Shown: positions 24,364 to 34,921 of the stretch, one piece after another
How positions within the stretch are numbered: position 1 is the stretch's first letter
Layout: every line of letters begins with the position of its first letter
Origin: Chiloscyllium plagiosum
Taxonomy: Eukaryota
Reading direction: 5' to 3'
DNA length: 36,092 nucleotides
Assembly (NCBI RefSeq): GCF_004010195.1
Contig: NC_057752.1
Location: 5,981,991-6,018,082, forward strand
Position numbers and translations under genes: made by a program
The notes under the pieces: generated by a model
The model's database searches: none
What the model was told of the DNA's origin: nothing
What the model saw: only the letters and a program-made list of their open reading frames with translations

Positions 24364-24422
24364 NNNNNNNNNNNNNNNNNNNNNNNNNNNNNNNNNNNNN
24401 NNNNNNNNNNNNNNNNNNNNNN
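24364..24422. other. Assembly gap (59 N)
   Basis: Run of N inside an inverted-repeat element. Confidence 1.
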
Positions 24423-26050
24423 CTTCCAATTAAACCTGTTGGACTATAACCTGGTGTTGTGTGATTTTTAACTTTGTACATCTCTGGATAGAGAATGTAA
24501 GGATAGGGTTTAATGAATAAGTGGGTGAGCCTCTGAGAAGTGCTGGTTGTTCTTGTGCCCTCAACAGTCATGTGATTGAGACTCTGCTAGAAGATTGGAT
24601 CAGCTCTAGAGCAGTGGGGTCTGCTGCTAAATCATCATGGTTGTAAGTACTGTCAGAAGAAACATTTAGAGATCTGGCTTGAACTTAGCACCACATTTTA
24701 CTGTGCTTGAGTTATCAGTGGAGAAGATGGCACTTTTCTAAGAATCTGAAGAATAACGAAACGTCTGAGAAACCATGAGGCAAAAATCTTCAGCATCATT
24801 CCCAAGTACTTTATGTTGAAGACTTAACCCAAATAGGTCTATACTCAGATATGGCAGCCATGTCCACACCACCGAAGCACCTCTTATCCCTTCCATAGTT
24901 CTTCGAAGCTGTTGAAGTACCTATTCAGGTAAAGATGAGGGTTATGGAAAATGCACTTCCACTTTTACGGAACAGCCCCAGGTCTCCATTCCAAGCAGCT
25001 ACGGCACCATGATTGGTAATCTTTTTAATATACACAGTGGGCCTCATTGTGAATTATGTCCTGAGTGGACAAAGTATTGATCAAACCTGATTTTCAGTCA
25101 GTCCTAGCAGCTCTTGTTTTCGGTCCAAGAGGAAGCTTATTATTGAATGCACCAGAAGCCAGGGGAATCAGCAGACTCCTTTATTAATAAGTTATATAGG
25201 TTGGTCAATTATTGTGACTGAGGCACATTGAAGGATAAGCTTATTTGAAACAAAATAGTGATTAAGGTCCATCACAATTAACTCTGATTCTTTTGCAGTC
25301 TTAGGAAAATGGAACATGAGAGCACGCAGCCCTGAATATAAGGCAAGCCAACCAAAGATTAGTGATGATTTTGTTAAGTCTTCAACTTAAAGTATTCGGG
25401 AAGGATTCTGAAGATTTTTGCCACACAGTTCCTCGGCCTTGCTTTGCGGTTCTTCAGATTGTCAGAAAAGCACCATTTGCTCTAGATCAGTGTCTCCACC
25501 AATCTCACCATGTTTACATGTGCTTGAGATACATTCAGGTCCAACCTCAAAATGTTTCTTCAAAACAGTGCTTATGAATATGATGATTTGGCTGCAGACC
25601 CCTCTGCTCTAGAGCTGATCCAACCTTCTAGCAGAGTCTCAATCACATGACTCTTGAGAGCACAAGAACAACCAGCATACTCAGATTTATCCACTTATTC
25701 ATTAAACCCTCTCCCAACAATCTCTCTCCAGAGCAGAGTTGTGATTTTGAAAACGACAGGGGAACTCTCTGGTAACAGTAGTTCTTTGTTCACTGGGCAA
25801 CCTCCCAATGTAAATAAATTCCCATTAGCGTTCCAGAACTATGTCTCTCAGATTGTTTTGGAACATAAAATCACCATGGCGATAGAAATACCTAGAAATT
25901 AATCTCACACCGTTCAGTCACACAGAAACCCACATGCCACCAGTTCAGAATTAAAAATTCCAAAATAGATGATATTAAAATATATATTAATTACACTGCA
26001 CACATCACAACTGCTTGAGGATTGTCCACAATTTGATTTGTCCACAGTTA

Positions 26051-26401
26051 GGGCAGCATGGTGGCTCAGTGGTTAGTACTGCTGCCTCATAGCACCAGGG
26101 ATTGGGTTCAAGTCCAGTCTTGGGGGACTGTCTGTGTGGAGTTTGTACATTCTCCCAGTGTCTGCGTGGGTTTCCTCCTTGCTGTGGTTTTATCCTACAG
26201 TCCAAAGATGTGCAGGTTAGGTGGATTGGCCATGCTAAATTGTCCATAGTGTCCAGGGATGTGCAGGCAGATGAGCTATTAATGCAGAGTTATGAGGATA
26301 GGATGAAGGGCTGGGTTTGTTGGGGTGTTCTTTGGAGGGTCAGTGTAGACGCGATGGGCCGAAAGGCCTCTTTCTACACTGTAAGTACTCTATGATTCTA
26401 T
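26051..26401 (+). mobile_element. HE1-type V-SINE
   Basis: TGGCTCAGTGG A box, GGTTCAAGTCC B box, V-domain, CR1-like tail ending CTATGATTCTAT. Confidence 0.9.
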
Positions 26402-26848
26402 ATCAAATCCTCTCAGGACAATCAGTGCCACTCTGAGAATGCCTGAGTTAACAGCGTTTTGTTAGCTGAAAGATTTTGTTTTAGTGGCTGCCAACAGAAA
26501 ATGTTCTGAGCTTTATCAACTAGTCCTCAGAGGGCAACATCTGAGACTTTACTTTGCAAGAAAAATCTGATTAGGAGCTTGAAGCAAAATAAATATCATA
26601 AAACTTTCTTCTTTCTGACATAGTGCACAGTGTAAGATTACACAAATCAGAGATTAACTTACTCGTTTGCTTTTTAAATGGGAGATTTGATGCAATGTTG
26701 GACATCAGGACTCAGTGGAAATCATTGGTTCTGATAAACTCCATAATTCTTTTCTGTTAACAGATTCTGCTTCTTATTAGGATGAGTTGGGAATAATTTA
26801 CAGGAAAAAGTTACATTCAAATTTTGAATCCTGACTCTAAAGTGAAAC

Positions 26849-27274
26849 ATTTACATTTCTATAGTGGTGTTCACAACTCCTGAACATCTCAATGTGCTTT
26901 ACAGTCAATGAAGTACTTTTGAAGTGTGGTCTCTGTTATAATGTTAGAAACACAGCAGCCAATTTTCACATAGAAAGCTCCCATGAACAGAAAATGGGAT
27001 GACAGTCAGATAATCTATTTCAGTAATGTTGATTGAGGAGCAATTATTGGTCAGGACCCCACGGTGAATTCCCCTGTTCTTCCATGAAACAAGGCTATAG
27101 AAACATTTACATCACCTGAGTAGGAAGCTGACATCTCACCTGAAAGCTGGCATCTCCAACAGTGCGGCACTCCATTTGAAGTGTTAGCTTTGAATTTTGT
27201 GCACATGTCCTGCGGTGGGACTTGAACCTAGACGCTTCTGACTCAGTGGCAATAATGCTGCTAACTGATACACA
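26849..27274 (-). mobile_element. Near full-length Deu-domain SINE (SacSINE1-like)
   Basis: Minus tRNA-like head with B box GGTTCAAGTCC (~27217-27227); Deu-domain-like CAATGAAGTACTTTTGAAGTGTGGTC...CAGCAGCCAATTT...CAGATAATCT. Confidence 0.75.
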
Positions 27275-27609
27275 GTTGGTGCAGATTGTGCTTCCTATGT
27301 GTCAATCCGAGAAGCTTTGCAGTGTTTACAGACATTCAAAGTCGAGAGGTCCACCTTTTAGCCAGCCAATGATTCAGAGAATAGGTCAGAAGAAGAGCCT
27401 GATTGATGAATGTGGATAGTGAGAAGTCCAGGGCTACTTACTTGTTCAGGGCTGCTGGGTTGTCAGTATATGGGAGCTACTTTTTTTTAAAAAAGAAAAC
27501 TGCTCCAGGACACTGTGGCTACAGAATCAGGTCAGCAGTTTAGAATTCTCAGGCAAATGACTTGCCTCTGGAATCCCCAAAGCCAAGGCACAAGTCAGAA
27601 GAGTTCAAA

Positions 27610-28052
27610 AGAGATTTACCAGGAATAGAGGGTTTGAGTTATAAGGAGAGGCTAGATAGGCTGGGACCTCTTTCACTGGAGCGTAGGAGGCTGAGAGGTG
27701 ACCTTAAAGAGGTTTATAAAATCATGAGGGGTATAGATAAGGTGAATAGAAGGTGTCTTTTCCTTAGGGTGAGGGATTTCAAGTCTAGGGGGCATATTTT
27801 TAAGGTGAGGGGAGAAGGATTTTAAAAAACATGAGGGGCAATTTTTATTTTTACAGAGAGTGGGTTCATGTGTGGAATGAAATTCCATAGGAAGTGGTGG
27901 ATGTGGGTTCAGTTACAGTGTTTAAAAGACATTTAGATAAGAACATGAATAAGAATTTTTGGAGAGATATGGGCCAAGCACAGGCAGGTGGGACTAGTTT
28001 AATTTGGGATTATAGTCAGCATGGACTGGTTGAACCGAAGTGTCTGTATGAC
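27610..28052 (+). mobile_element. CR1 LINE 3' fragment
   Basis: LPGIEGLSYKERLDRLGPLSLERRRLRGDLKEVYKIMRG followed by CR1 3' UTR. Confidence 0.9.
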
Positions 28053-28057
28053 TTGAA

Positions 28058-28545
28058 GTCAAGAGTGTGATGGAATACTTCCCACTTGCCTGGACGGGTA
28101 CAGCTCCGACAACACTCAAAAAGCTCAACATCATCCAGGAGAAAGCAGCCCACTTGATTGGCACCGCGTCCACAAGCATTCACTCCCTTTACCACCAACA
28201 CTCAGTAGCTGCACTGTGTACTATCTCCAAGATGCACAGCAGAAATTCACCAAAAATTCTTAGACAGCACCTTCCAAACCCATGACCACTACCAACTAGA
28301 AGGACAGGTACAGCAGGTATATGGGAACACCACCCCCCCTGCAGGTTCCCCTCCAAGCCACTCGCCATCCTGACTTGGAAATATATTAACCATTCCTTCA
28401 CTGTTGCTGGGTCAAAATCCTGGAAGCCCCTCCCTCAGGACTGCAGCGGTTCACGAAGGCAGCTCACCACCACCTTCTCAAGGGACAACTAGGGACAGGC
28501 AATAAATGCTGCCCCAGCCAGTGGTACCCACATCCAGTGAAAGAT
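28058..28545 (+). mobile_element. LINE 3' fragment (CR1/L2-type clade)
   Basis: MEYFPLAWTGTAPTTLKKLNIIQEKAAHLI; homologous to 17385-17960. Confidence 0.8.
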
Positions 28546-29307
28546 TGTGAAACAAAGAATTAGCATCTGTCAAAACCTGTCGGAACAGATTGATTGAAAA
28601 TTACTACTGGCTCCTGTGGGCCAGCAAATTGAGAGGATAACTGCTTTTCTCCCCTACAATATTCAAATCCTTCATAAGGGTGAGGATTATTGCACTGCCA
28701 TTAGCTTCAGGCACAGGGAAATAGTGAGAAATGTGACCATTGTTAATACCAAGTGCTTCAAGTAATAATGTCTATTAATATTTAGAAGCTGGGGAAAAAA
28801 ACACTATTTTTATTTAGGGGTCAATTACGATGAATAATTCAGAGTTGCTGATAGAAAAAGTGGATTAAAAGCTTGTGTTAGTTTGTATTGTTTAGTTTTC
28901 TACTGCGACAGCAGATTAACTTCAGTTGATTCGAAGGGGCCTCGGGGACCACTTTGTGAGATTTATTGAGCTAATAACACACCGAGTGAATCCTGGATGT
29001 CATAGAAATGTGACTCAGAGGCCCCAGTCCCTGTCCTGCAACTCTTAACAGCACTCCCAGCGCGCCGGTTAACCGCTCTAAAGCGCTTAATGGCAACGAA
29101 TTTGCAGTGGTCTTACCCACTCTTGGCGTTTAAATCACTTCCCTAAATACTGCAAGTGGCTTTCCTGTTGTTTTGCATCGCCTCTGCTTTATTGCCTGCT
29201 CCATTTGCAGACATGCCCCTGCGGGCTTCGGAGAAGGTTTAAAAAAGGCACGTTGCAGGAGGTTGAGGGCCATAGCACACTTCTTCCTCAGCAGTTGGCT
29301 ACCCACA

Positions 29308-29451
29308 ATGATGAACAGGGAAGTGCTCCTAGCGTGCTGCCTTGTGCTGGGCTTGTTGCAAGCAGCTACTTGCACTGCCGAGGGGCAGTTCGCCACCATC
29401 TACCAAGCAGACCAGGAGGACGGGCTCCCCGTTCGCATTCTGGCAGCTGTG
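29308..29451 (+). CDS. NPFF: Neuropeptide FF (PQRFamide) precursor exon 1: signal peptide and pro-region
   Basis: MMNREVLLACCLVLGLLQAATCTA (hydrophobic signal peptide) EGQFATIYQADQEDGLPVRILAAV |GTAAGA; 144 nt, phase 0; TTTAAAA TATA-like element at 29238. Confidence 0.88.
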
Positions 29452-29779
29452 GTAAGACTCCTTAAGCTCTTTGTAAACTTTTCCATGCTGCTGCTGATCA
29501 GAGTGTGTTTGTCCCTCCTTGCCCTCTCGCCTCGAGTCTCCATTCCATGGGACATCATTACCGATGAATGTTGGTCAGACCATCTGGTGATCATTGCTTG
29601 TGGGGTCTTGCCAAGTTTCCATTACAACTTTAAACAAAAACGCTTAATTGGCCGTAAACTGCTTTTTGTGTATGTCTGGGTGGGTAGAATTTTGAGGTCA
29701 TGCTATAACAATGCAATTCTTTTGCCAAAGGGGTTGAAGAATTGGCTTTGTCCTGTTGTGCCTGCAGCCTCCAACATCT

Positions 29780-29897
29780 TTCTCTCTCACTCACACACAC
29801 TCACTCACACACACACTCACTCACTCACTCTCTCACTCTCACTCTCACACTCACACACACACACACACACACATAGACACACACACACACAGACACA
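29780..29897. repeat. Compound (CA)n/(CT)n/(CACT)n microsatellite in NPFF intron 1
   Basis: Directly visible. Confidence 0.95.
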
Positions 29898-30833
29898 GTC
29901 TGGCCCCTAAGGGAGTGTGTCAGCTCTAGCTAAGACCCACTCTTGCCTGACCAACTCTGTCCATTTTACAGCAGAGGTGCAGTACAGTAACCTGTGGACC
30001 AGGCTTGAGGGGCTGAATAGCCTACAGTGTTCCTAAGTTACTTTCAGCAGGGCTGCCTGACTCAAAGTCCTTCTCTGAGTCATGACAAACACTTGTAGCC
30101 TTGGTAAGCACAGCCCGAATATTGACACTGGGTCCGTGGGCCGCAGTGCTGTATATATCTATTTCGGAAAGCTATAGACCAGCTTTTCCCTGTGATCTAT
30201 GTGAGTGCAGCCGATGTCCAAACATAAAGCAACATTTTCCACATGCTTATGTTCACAAGAGCCGACATCATTCATCTTCAGAAGCACTTCAAAACTGTCT
30301 TGCAGCTGTCTGCACCACATAATGGTCTCGGGACAAGTACGACAAACACACAGCTATCTTCCAGGACGACACATGTTTTTTGCTGTATCGAATGATCACT
30401 CTATAGCAATGTCCAGGTGTCTCTGTAATGTTTCAGCACATTCCAGATAGTCATGGTGCAATACATACATGCTCCTTGTGTCCCTAAACACTTGAAGTGC
30501 AGAAGCGAATTGCAGCAGTTTGATCATACAATATGCATCGATATGCACAGAGTGTTGGAGACACACTTGGAATTTCTGCACATCTGTCTCACCAGAGTAC
30601 CTACTGTAAAGGGTGTTCAAGGCATTGTCATCTTCATTAAGACACATTACAGTTTAGCTTTGAATCATTTAATCTGTTCTAATTGAGAAGGCGTCGTTAA
30701 GAAACAAAGCACAATTCTCCTTGTGACCTTTTTCAATGTTGACGTCAAATGCATGTGACGAGAATGTTGCCATTTTGAACCTTGTATCCACTCTGCTGTG
30801 ATTGGTAATTACTCAAATCTGGCCCCTTGACAG

Positions 30834-30958
30834 GACGGGGAAGGGAACAATGCGAGGAGACTGGCAGACGACCACACAATGAGCTCACCAATCAACTCTA
30901 TCGTCCACATGCCTGGAAAGTTTGGCAGAAGTCCTTCCTTTGCCTTCCAGCCACAGAG
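30834..30958 (+). CDS. NPFF: NPFF precursor exon 2
   Basis: ccccttgacAG| DGEGNNARRLADDHTMSSPINSIVHMPGKFGRSPSFAFQPQ(R) |GTAGGT; 125 nt, phase 0/2; GRSPSFAFQPQR parallels mammalian GRSQAFLFQPQR. Confidence 0.92.
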
Positions 30959-31290
30959 GTAGGTTTCTCCCAGGTAGGCTCAGGGGGTGGCAGCGGTGGT
31001 GGGGGGTGGGGTGGGGGGAAGTGGGATGAGAGGTTGGCGCTGTGTTTAATGGTGTGATTTTTGACTGCAGCTTGTTACCCCATTCAGTTCAAAGTTACTC
31101 CAAGCAGCTCATGAACACACTGGCAATAAAGAATAAAAGCAAAATACTGCAGATACTAAAAATCTGAAACAAAGGCAGCAAATGCAAAAGAAACTCAGCA
31201 GGCCTGGCAGCATCTGTGAAGAGAGAAATAGAGTTAGCATTTAAAGTCTGGCATGACTTTTCTTTAGAACTTCAAACCAGTTCTGGTGAG

Positions 31291-31508
31291 TAGAGTCACA
31301 CTGCACGGAAACGGACCCTTCAGTCCCACTCTTCCATGCTGACCAGATATACTAGATTAATCTGGTCCCATTTGCCAGCACTTGGCCCATATCCCTCGAA
31401 ACCCTTCCTATTCATATACCCATCCAGATGCCTTTTAAATGTTGTAATTGTACCAGCCTCCACCACTTCCTCTGGCAGCTCATTCCATACACGTACCACC
31501 CTCTGTGT
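31291..31508 (-). mobile_element. CR1 LINE 3' end
   Basis: Nearly identical to 1395-1620; TQRVVRVWNELPEEVVEAG. Confidence 0.9.
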
Positions 31509-32974
31509 TGAAAACAGCATCCAAAATGGTTGACAGGAGAGGATTACAGCTCTAAGTATTGCTGTTTTTTGAGGTTGTTTTCAGGGCTGGAGCTGATTTC
31601 CTCGCTTTCTTGGAGGCATAATTACTGTTTTTATACATTCTGCATTGTTTTTGGAATTTTTATTTAAAAGATCAAACACAACGAGACTTTAAATGGGAGG
31701 AAAGAGAGAGAGCAGGAGATGAAGTTTCGTGAGAGCGATCAGGTGGTAAGGTCAGAGATCGAAGAATTGCAAATAGCTCTAGAGATCAACAAGCAAACAG
31801 TGCACTTTCACAGCTGCCTGACTGTGAAATTGCAAATGCTTCTCTGGAGTCATAACAAACTCAAAACGTTAACTCTGTTTCTTTCTCCGCAGATGCAGCC
31901 AGCATTTGTTTGTTTTAGATTTCCAAATGTCACGACACAATGGTCCATATGAATTCACAATACACTACACCATCTAGCCTTATCACTGCATAAGAAGACA
32001 ATAAGTAGCACAATTAATGTCTGCTGGAGAGGGCCAGAGAAAAGATTAGGAGATAAGGAGAACTGTTTCACATTTTCTTCCTTTTCTCCTGGACTAGAAC
32101 AAGAACACAGGTCAATTAAGGAAGCTTACGAACCTTAGCAGAGCAATTAGGATGCTGATCTGAAAAATAAGGTGTCCCCACTGAGGCAACGCTAGAAACG
32201 CTGCAGATGGTGACAAATTACATGGAAACTTTTCTTTGCAAAGAGTTAACTGGGCACTTAAACATTGATAGGGGAGGCACGTTCTGCCTGCACCCATTTT
32301 AGGGAACACCATGACAAGCACCCACCTCCTATAGCTGAGAAAGAAGCCAGGCAAAGGGACAGACCGAGGAAGGAAAATATGCCAGAGGTTCTCAAACTGA
32401 GGTTCACAGAATGGCGGGAGGGGGAGCAGTCTGTCAAGATTGTCCAGGGTCTGAAAATGTTGACTGAGCATAACTTGGCTGATGAAAGTGGCTGGAGGTG
32501 GGCCCAGGGATGAGCTGGGAATGTGATGCAAGGTGGGGTAACTGTCCTGTGTAGTGAAGAACTTGCAGGAGGGATGACAAGGGCAAGAAAGATTATGTGG
32601 ACGTAAAATATCTGTAGGTAATGCTGGTCTTCTTCAAAACCTTAATAACAGTACTTGTGTATGTCACATATTATATGGTATGATGAGATTTGTAATTTAG
32701 ATGTGGAAGGGGGTCTATGTTTAGTAATCTATTTGACCGGGGTTCTTTAATCAAATCAGCGACGTACAGAACTAGAAACAGAAATGACTAAGGCAGAGAG
32801 AAACATGGATAGAGATAGAGACAGAGATGGGGCTGCGAGATGAAGTGCAGGATTGGAGAGGCTGCATAAATGCTATCAACTGAAAGGGGCGTTGAATGTT
32901 TTGTTACTCTGTTGAAAGCTGCAATGCTGCCCCTGGACTCTGAGTTCTGGGAGAAAGCTGGAGCATCTAAATCC

Positions 32975-33215
32975 AGCTTCACAACCCTATGAGATCTTTG
33001 TGCTCCTCCAGTTTCAGCCTCTCAAGCATCCCCTGATTCGCATCACTCATATTGGCGGCCGTACCATCAGCTGCATGGGGCTCTAAACTCTGGAATTCCC
33101 TCCTCTCCTGAAAATCAATATTAGTGACCAAATGTTGGGTTACTAGTCCTAATAACTCCTTGTGTGGCTTTGTCAAACCTTGGAGTGGTTTACAATGCTA
33201 TATAAATGCAAGTAA
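32975..33215 (+). mobile_element. L2-like LINE 3' fragment, degraded
   Basis: CTCTGGAATTCCCTCC and a GCTATATAAATGCAAGT tail; homologous to the reverse complement of 34165-34450. Confidence 0.55.
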
Positions 33216-33290
33216 GATCAAAATACATGATGATATCCTGGATTCTGTTGTAAACTGACTCCGTTCTTCCTGCAACTGTCTTTGTTTCAG

Positions 33291-33420
33291 GTTTGGCCGC
33301 GAAGCTCAAGCCTTCTCGGACTACAGCACTGAAGGTCGGATACGTTCCAGAGGCTGGGATGTCATCCCGCCTCAGTTCTGGAACATGGCAGTCCCACAGC
33401 GTTTCGGAAAGAAGAAATAA
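33291..33420 (+). CDS. NPFF: NPFF precursor exon 3 (completes NPFF, encodes NPAF-like peptide); full precursor 132 aa
   Basis: tttgtttcAG| (R)[42 protein letters not shown]; FWxxAxPQRFGKK is the NPAF signature; phase matches exon 2. Confidence 0.95.
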
Positions 33421-33697
33421 CAGCTCCTGAAAGGAGGCAAACAGTAGCATTCCCCGAAAAACATCCCCACCTCAATCACGACCAAATGTTTAAGACCCGA
33501 CAACAGAGTGAGGCTTTTTATCACATTGGTCCTTTAGCCCAAGTACAAAATATTTTAGTCCATCAAACATCTCCAAACAGTATGCTTAGAAATGAATTCA
33601 TTCACTTGTAAAACTTATAATTGTCTTTACTAATAATTAAAGAGAATATTTAATCAATGTTATTATCCAGATTGTTAATTTTATTCTGAATTCTATA

Positions 33698-33703
33698 AAT
33701 AAA
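33698..33703 (+). terminator. Probable NPFF polyadenylation signal
   Basis: AATAAA ~280 nt after the stop in an AT-rich UTR, followed by a T-rich tract; an ATTAAA variant occurs at ~33636. Confidence 0.55.
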
Positions 33704-34164
33704 TCTTTGTGAACTCTATAATTGTATCTTTTTAACATGGGAATCGCTACTGTTGCCACGTTAGGAAACATATGCAGGCATTACTGGATTCTGATACAGG
33801 TCTGTGCACCAGTGATAGGTCGTTGGCAAAATGTTGCAGTTTTGGGTTTTTTAAAAGCATAATTTTCTTAATTAAATGGAAGGTTTATTAAGTTCCTTTC
33901 GATTTTTCACTTTTCATTGAGATCATAGTAATCCAGACCTAAATTATAACCCCTGATTTTGGTCAGTTGCAAAGTGGAATTGAGATATAATCCATAGTTT
34001 TGACATTTAAATAATTTATGGGAAGGTTTCTCTCCGAACTCTTGCTAACCCTTCTTCAGCAGTTGCAATAGCCTCTTGACATTAAATAGATTCTTGAATC
34101 TAACAGAATAAACCGATACCTTATATCAGTTTCATGCAAAACACGAGGCTGAGTTTTCAGACTT

Positions 34165-34450
34165 AACAACTTTTCTTTGTGTGGTGCATTAATCAAATGA
34201 AATGTTCCAAGGTGCTTCACAGGAGCATTAGAAAACGATACAAAACACTGAGCCCCATATTAGGTCAGATGACTGAAAGCTTGGTAAATGAGGTACATTT
34301 GAAGGAACATCTTAAAGAAGGAAAGTGGCGTAGTGAGGTTGAGGGAGGGAATTTCTGATCTTTGAGTCTCAGGAGATGGAGATACTGCTGCCAGTCATGG
34401 AGCAATTTAAAGTCGGGGAATGCTTAGGAGACCAGAATCAAAGGATATCT
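34165..34450 (-). mobile_element. L2-like LINE fragment (resumes ~35040-35105 after the CR1 insertion)
   Basis: Similarity to the reverse complement of 32975-33215. Confidence 0.5.
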
Positions 34451-34715
34451 CCGAGAGGTGACCTCATCGAGGTTTATAAAGTCATGAGGGGCATAGATAG
34501 GGTAAATAGACAAGGTCTTTTCCCTGGGGGTGGGCAAGTCCAGAACTAGAGGGCATCATTTTAGGGTGAGAGGGGAAAGATATAAAAGGGAACTAAGGGG
34601 CAACTTTTTCACGCAAAAGGTGGGTATATGGAATGAGCTGCCAGAGGATGTGGTGGAGGCTGGTACAATTAAAAGGCATCTGGATGGGTGTGTGAATAGG
34701 AAGGGATTAGAGGGA

Positions 34716-34921
34716 GTCTCTCTCTCTCACTGCAACTCCCAGGTCATTTCCTCAGACTCTATGCCACTCTCTCCCCACCCCGACCCTCCTCTAGCTTATC
34801 TCTCCACGCTTCAGGCTCTCTGCCTTTATTCCTGATGAAGGGCTTTTGCCCGAAACGTCGATTTTGCCTGTCCTCGGATGCTGCCTGAATTGCTGTGCTC
34901 TTCCAGCACCACTGATCCAGA
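34716..34921 (+). mobile_element. Short Penelope-derived element with 10-bp TSD and hammerhead core
   Basis: TSD ATTAGAGGGA at 34706-34715 and 34922-34931. Confidence 0.8.
34832..34859 (+). ncRNA. Minimal type I hammerhead ribozyme core
   Basis: CTGATGA-A-GGGC-TTTT-GCCC-GAAA-CG-TC. Confidence 0.7.

Larger units (their letters stand above)
24051..24480. mobile_element. Penelope-derived hairpin element (contains the assembly gap) with 10-12 bp TSD
   Basis: GTACAAAGTTAAAAATCACACAACACCAGGTTATAGTCCAACAGGTTTAATTGGAAG inverted at both ends; TSD (CA)TCTCTGGATA at 24039-24050 and 24479-24490. Confidence 0.85.
24002..25773. repeat. Long imperfect inverted repeat: ~400-bp arms (24002-24828 minus an insertion; 25373-25773), ~545-bp spacer
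   Basis: 24541-24638 vs reverse complement of 25580-25677: 6 mismatches in 98 nt by manual count; 24002-24048 pairs with 25727-25773; 24780-24828 pairs with 25373-25420. Confidence 0.85.

Noticed and set aside
25580..25619. C/D box snoRNA (ATGATGA ... CTGA) in the inverted-repeat core
   Set aside because: Boxes are only ~30 nt apart, there is no terminal stem or distal D box, and it is not in a host intron.
29173..29910. 245-aa ORF as a standalone protein
   Set aside because: It is NPFF exon 1 read through a strong GTAAGA donor into intron 1, ending in microsatellite-derived HT repeats.
30432..30452. RE1/NRSE site in NPFF intron 1 (TTCAGCAC...)
   Set aside because: Only the left half-site matches; GGACAG is missing.
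30983..31025. G-rich tract after the NPFF exon 2 donor as a functional G-quadruplex
   Set aside because: Low-complexity G runs are common near 5' splice sites; nothing specific supports function.
32112..32531. 139-aa (-) and 82-aa (+) ORFs in NPFF intron 2
   Set aside because: No recognisable motif or convincing splice context; possibly a decayed repeat that I cannot classify.
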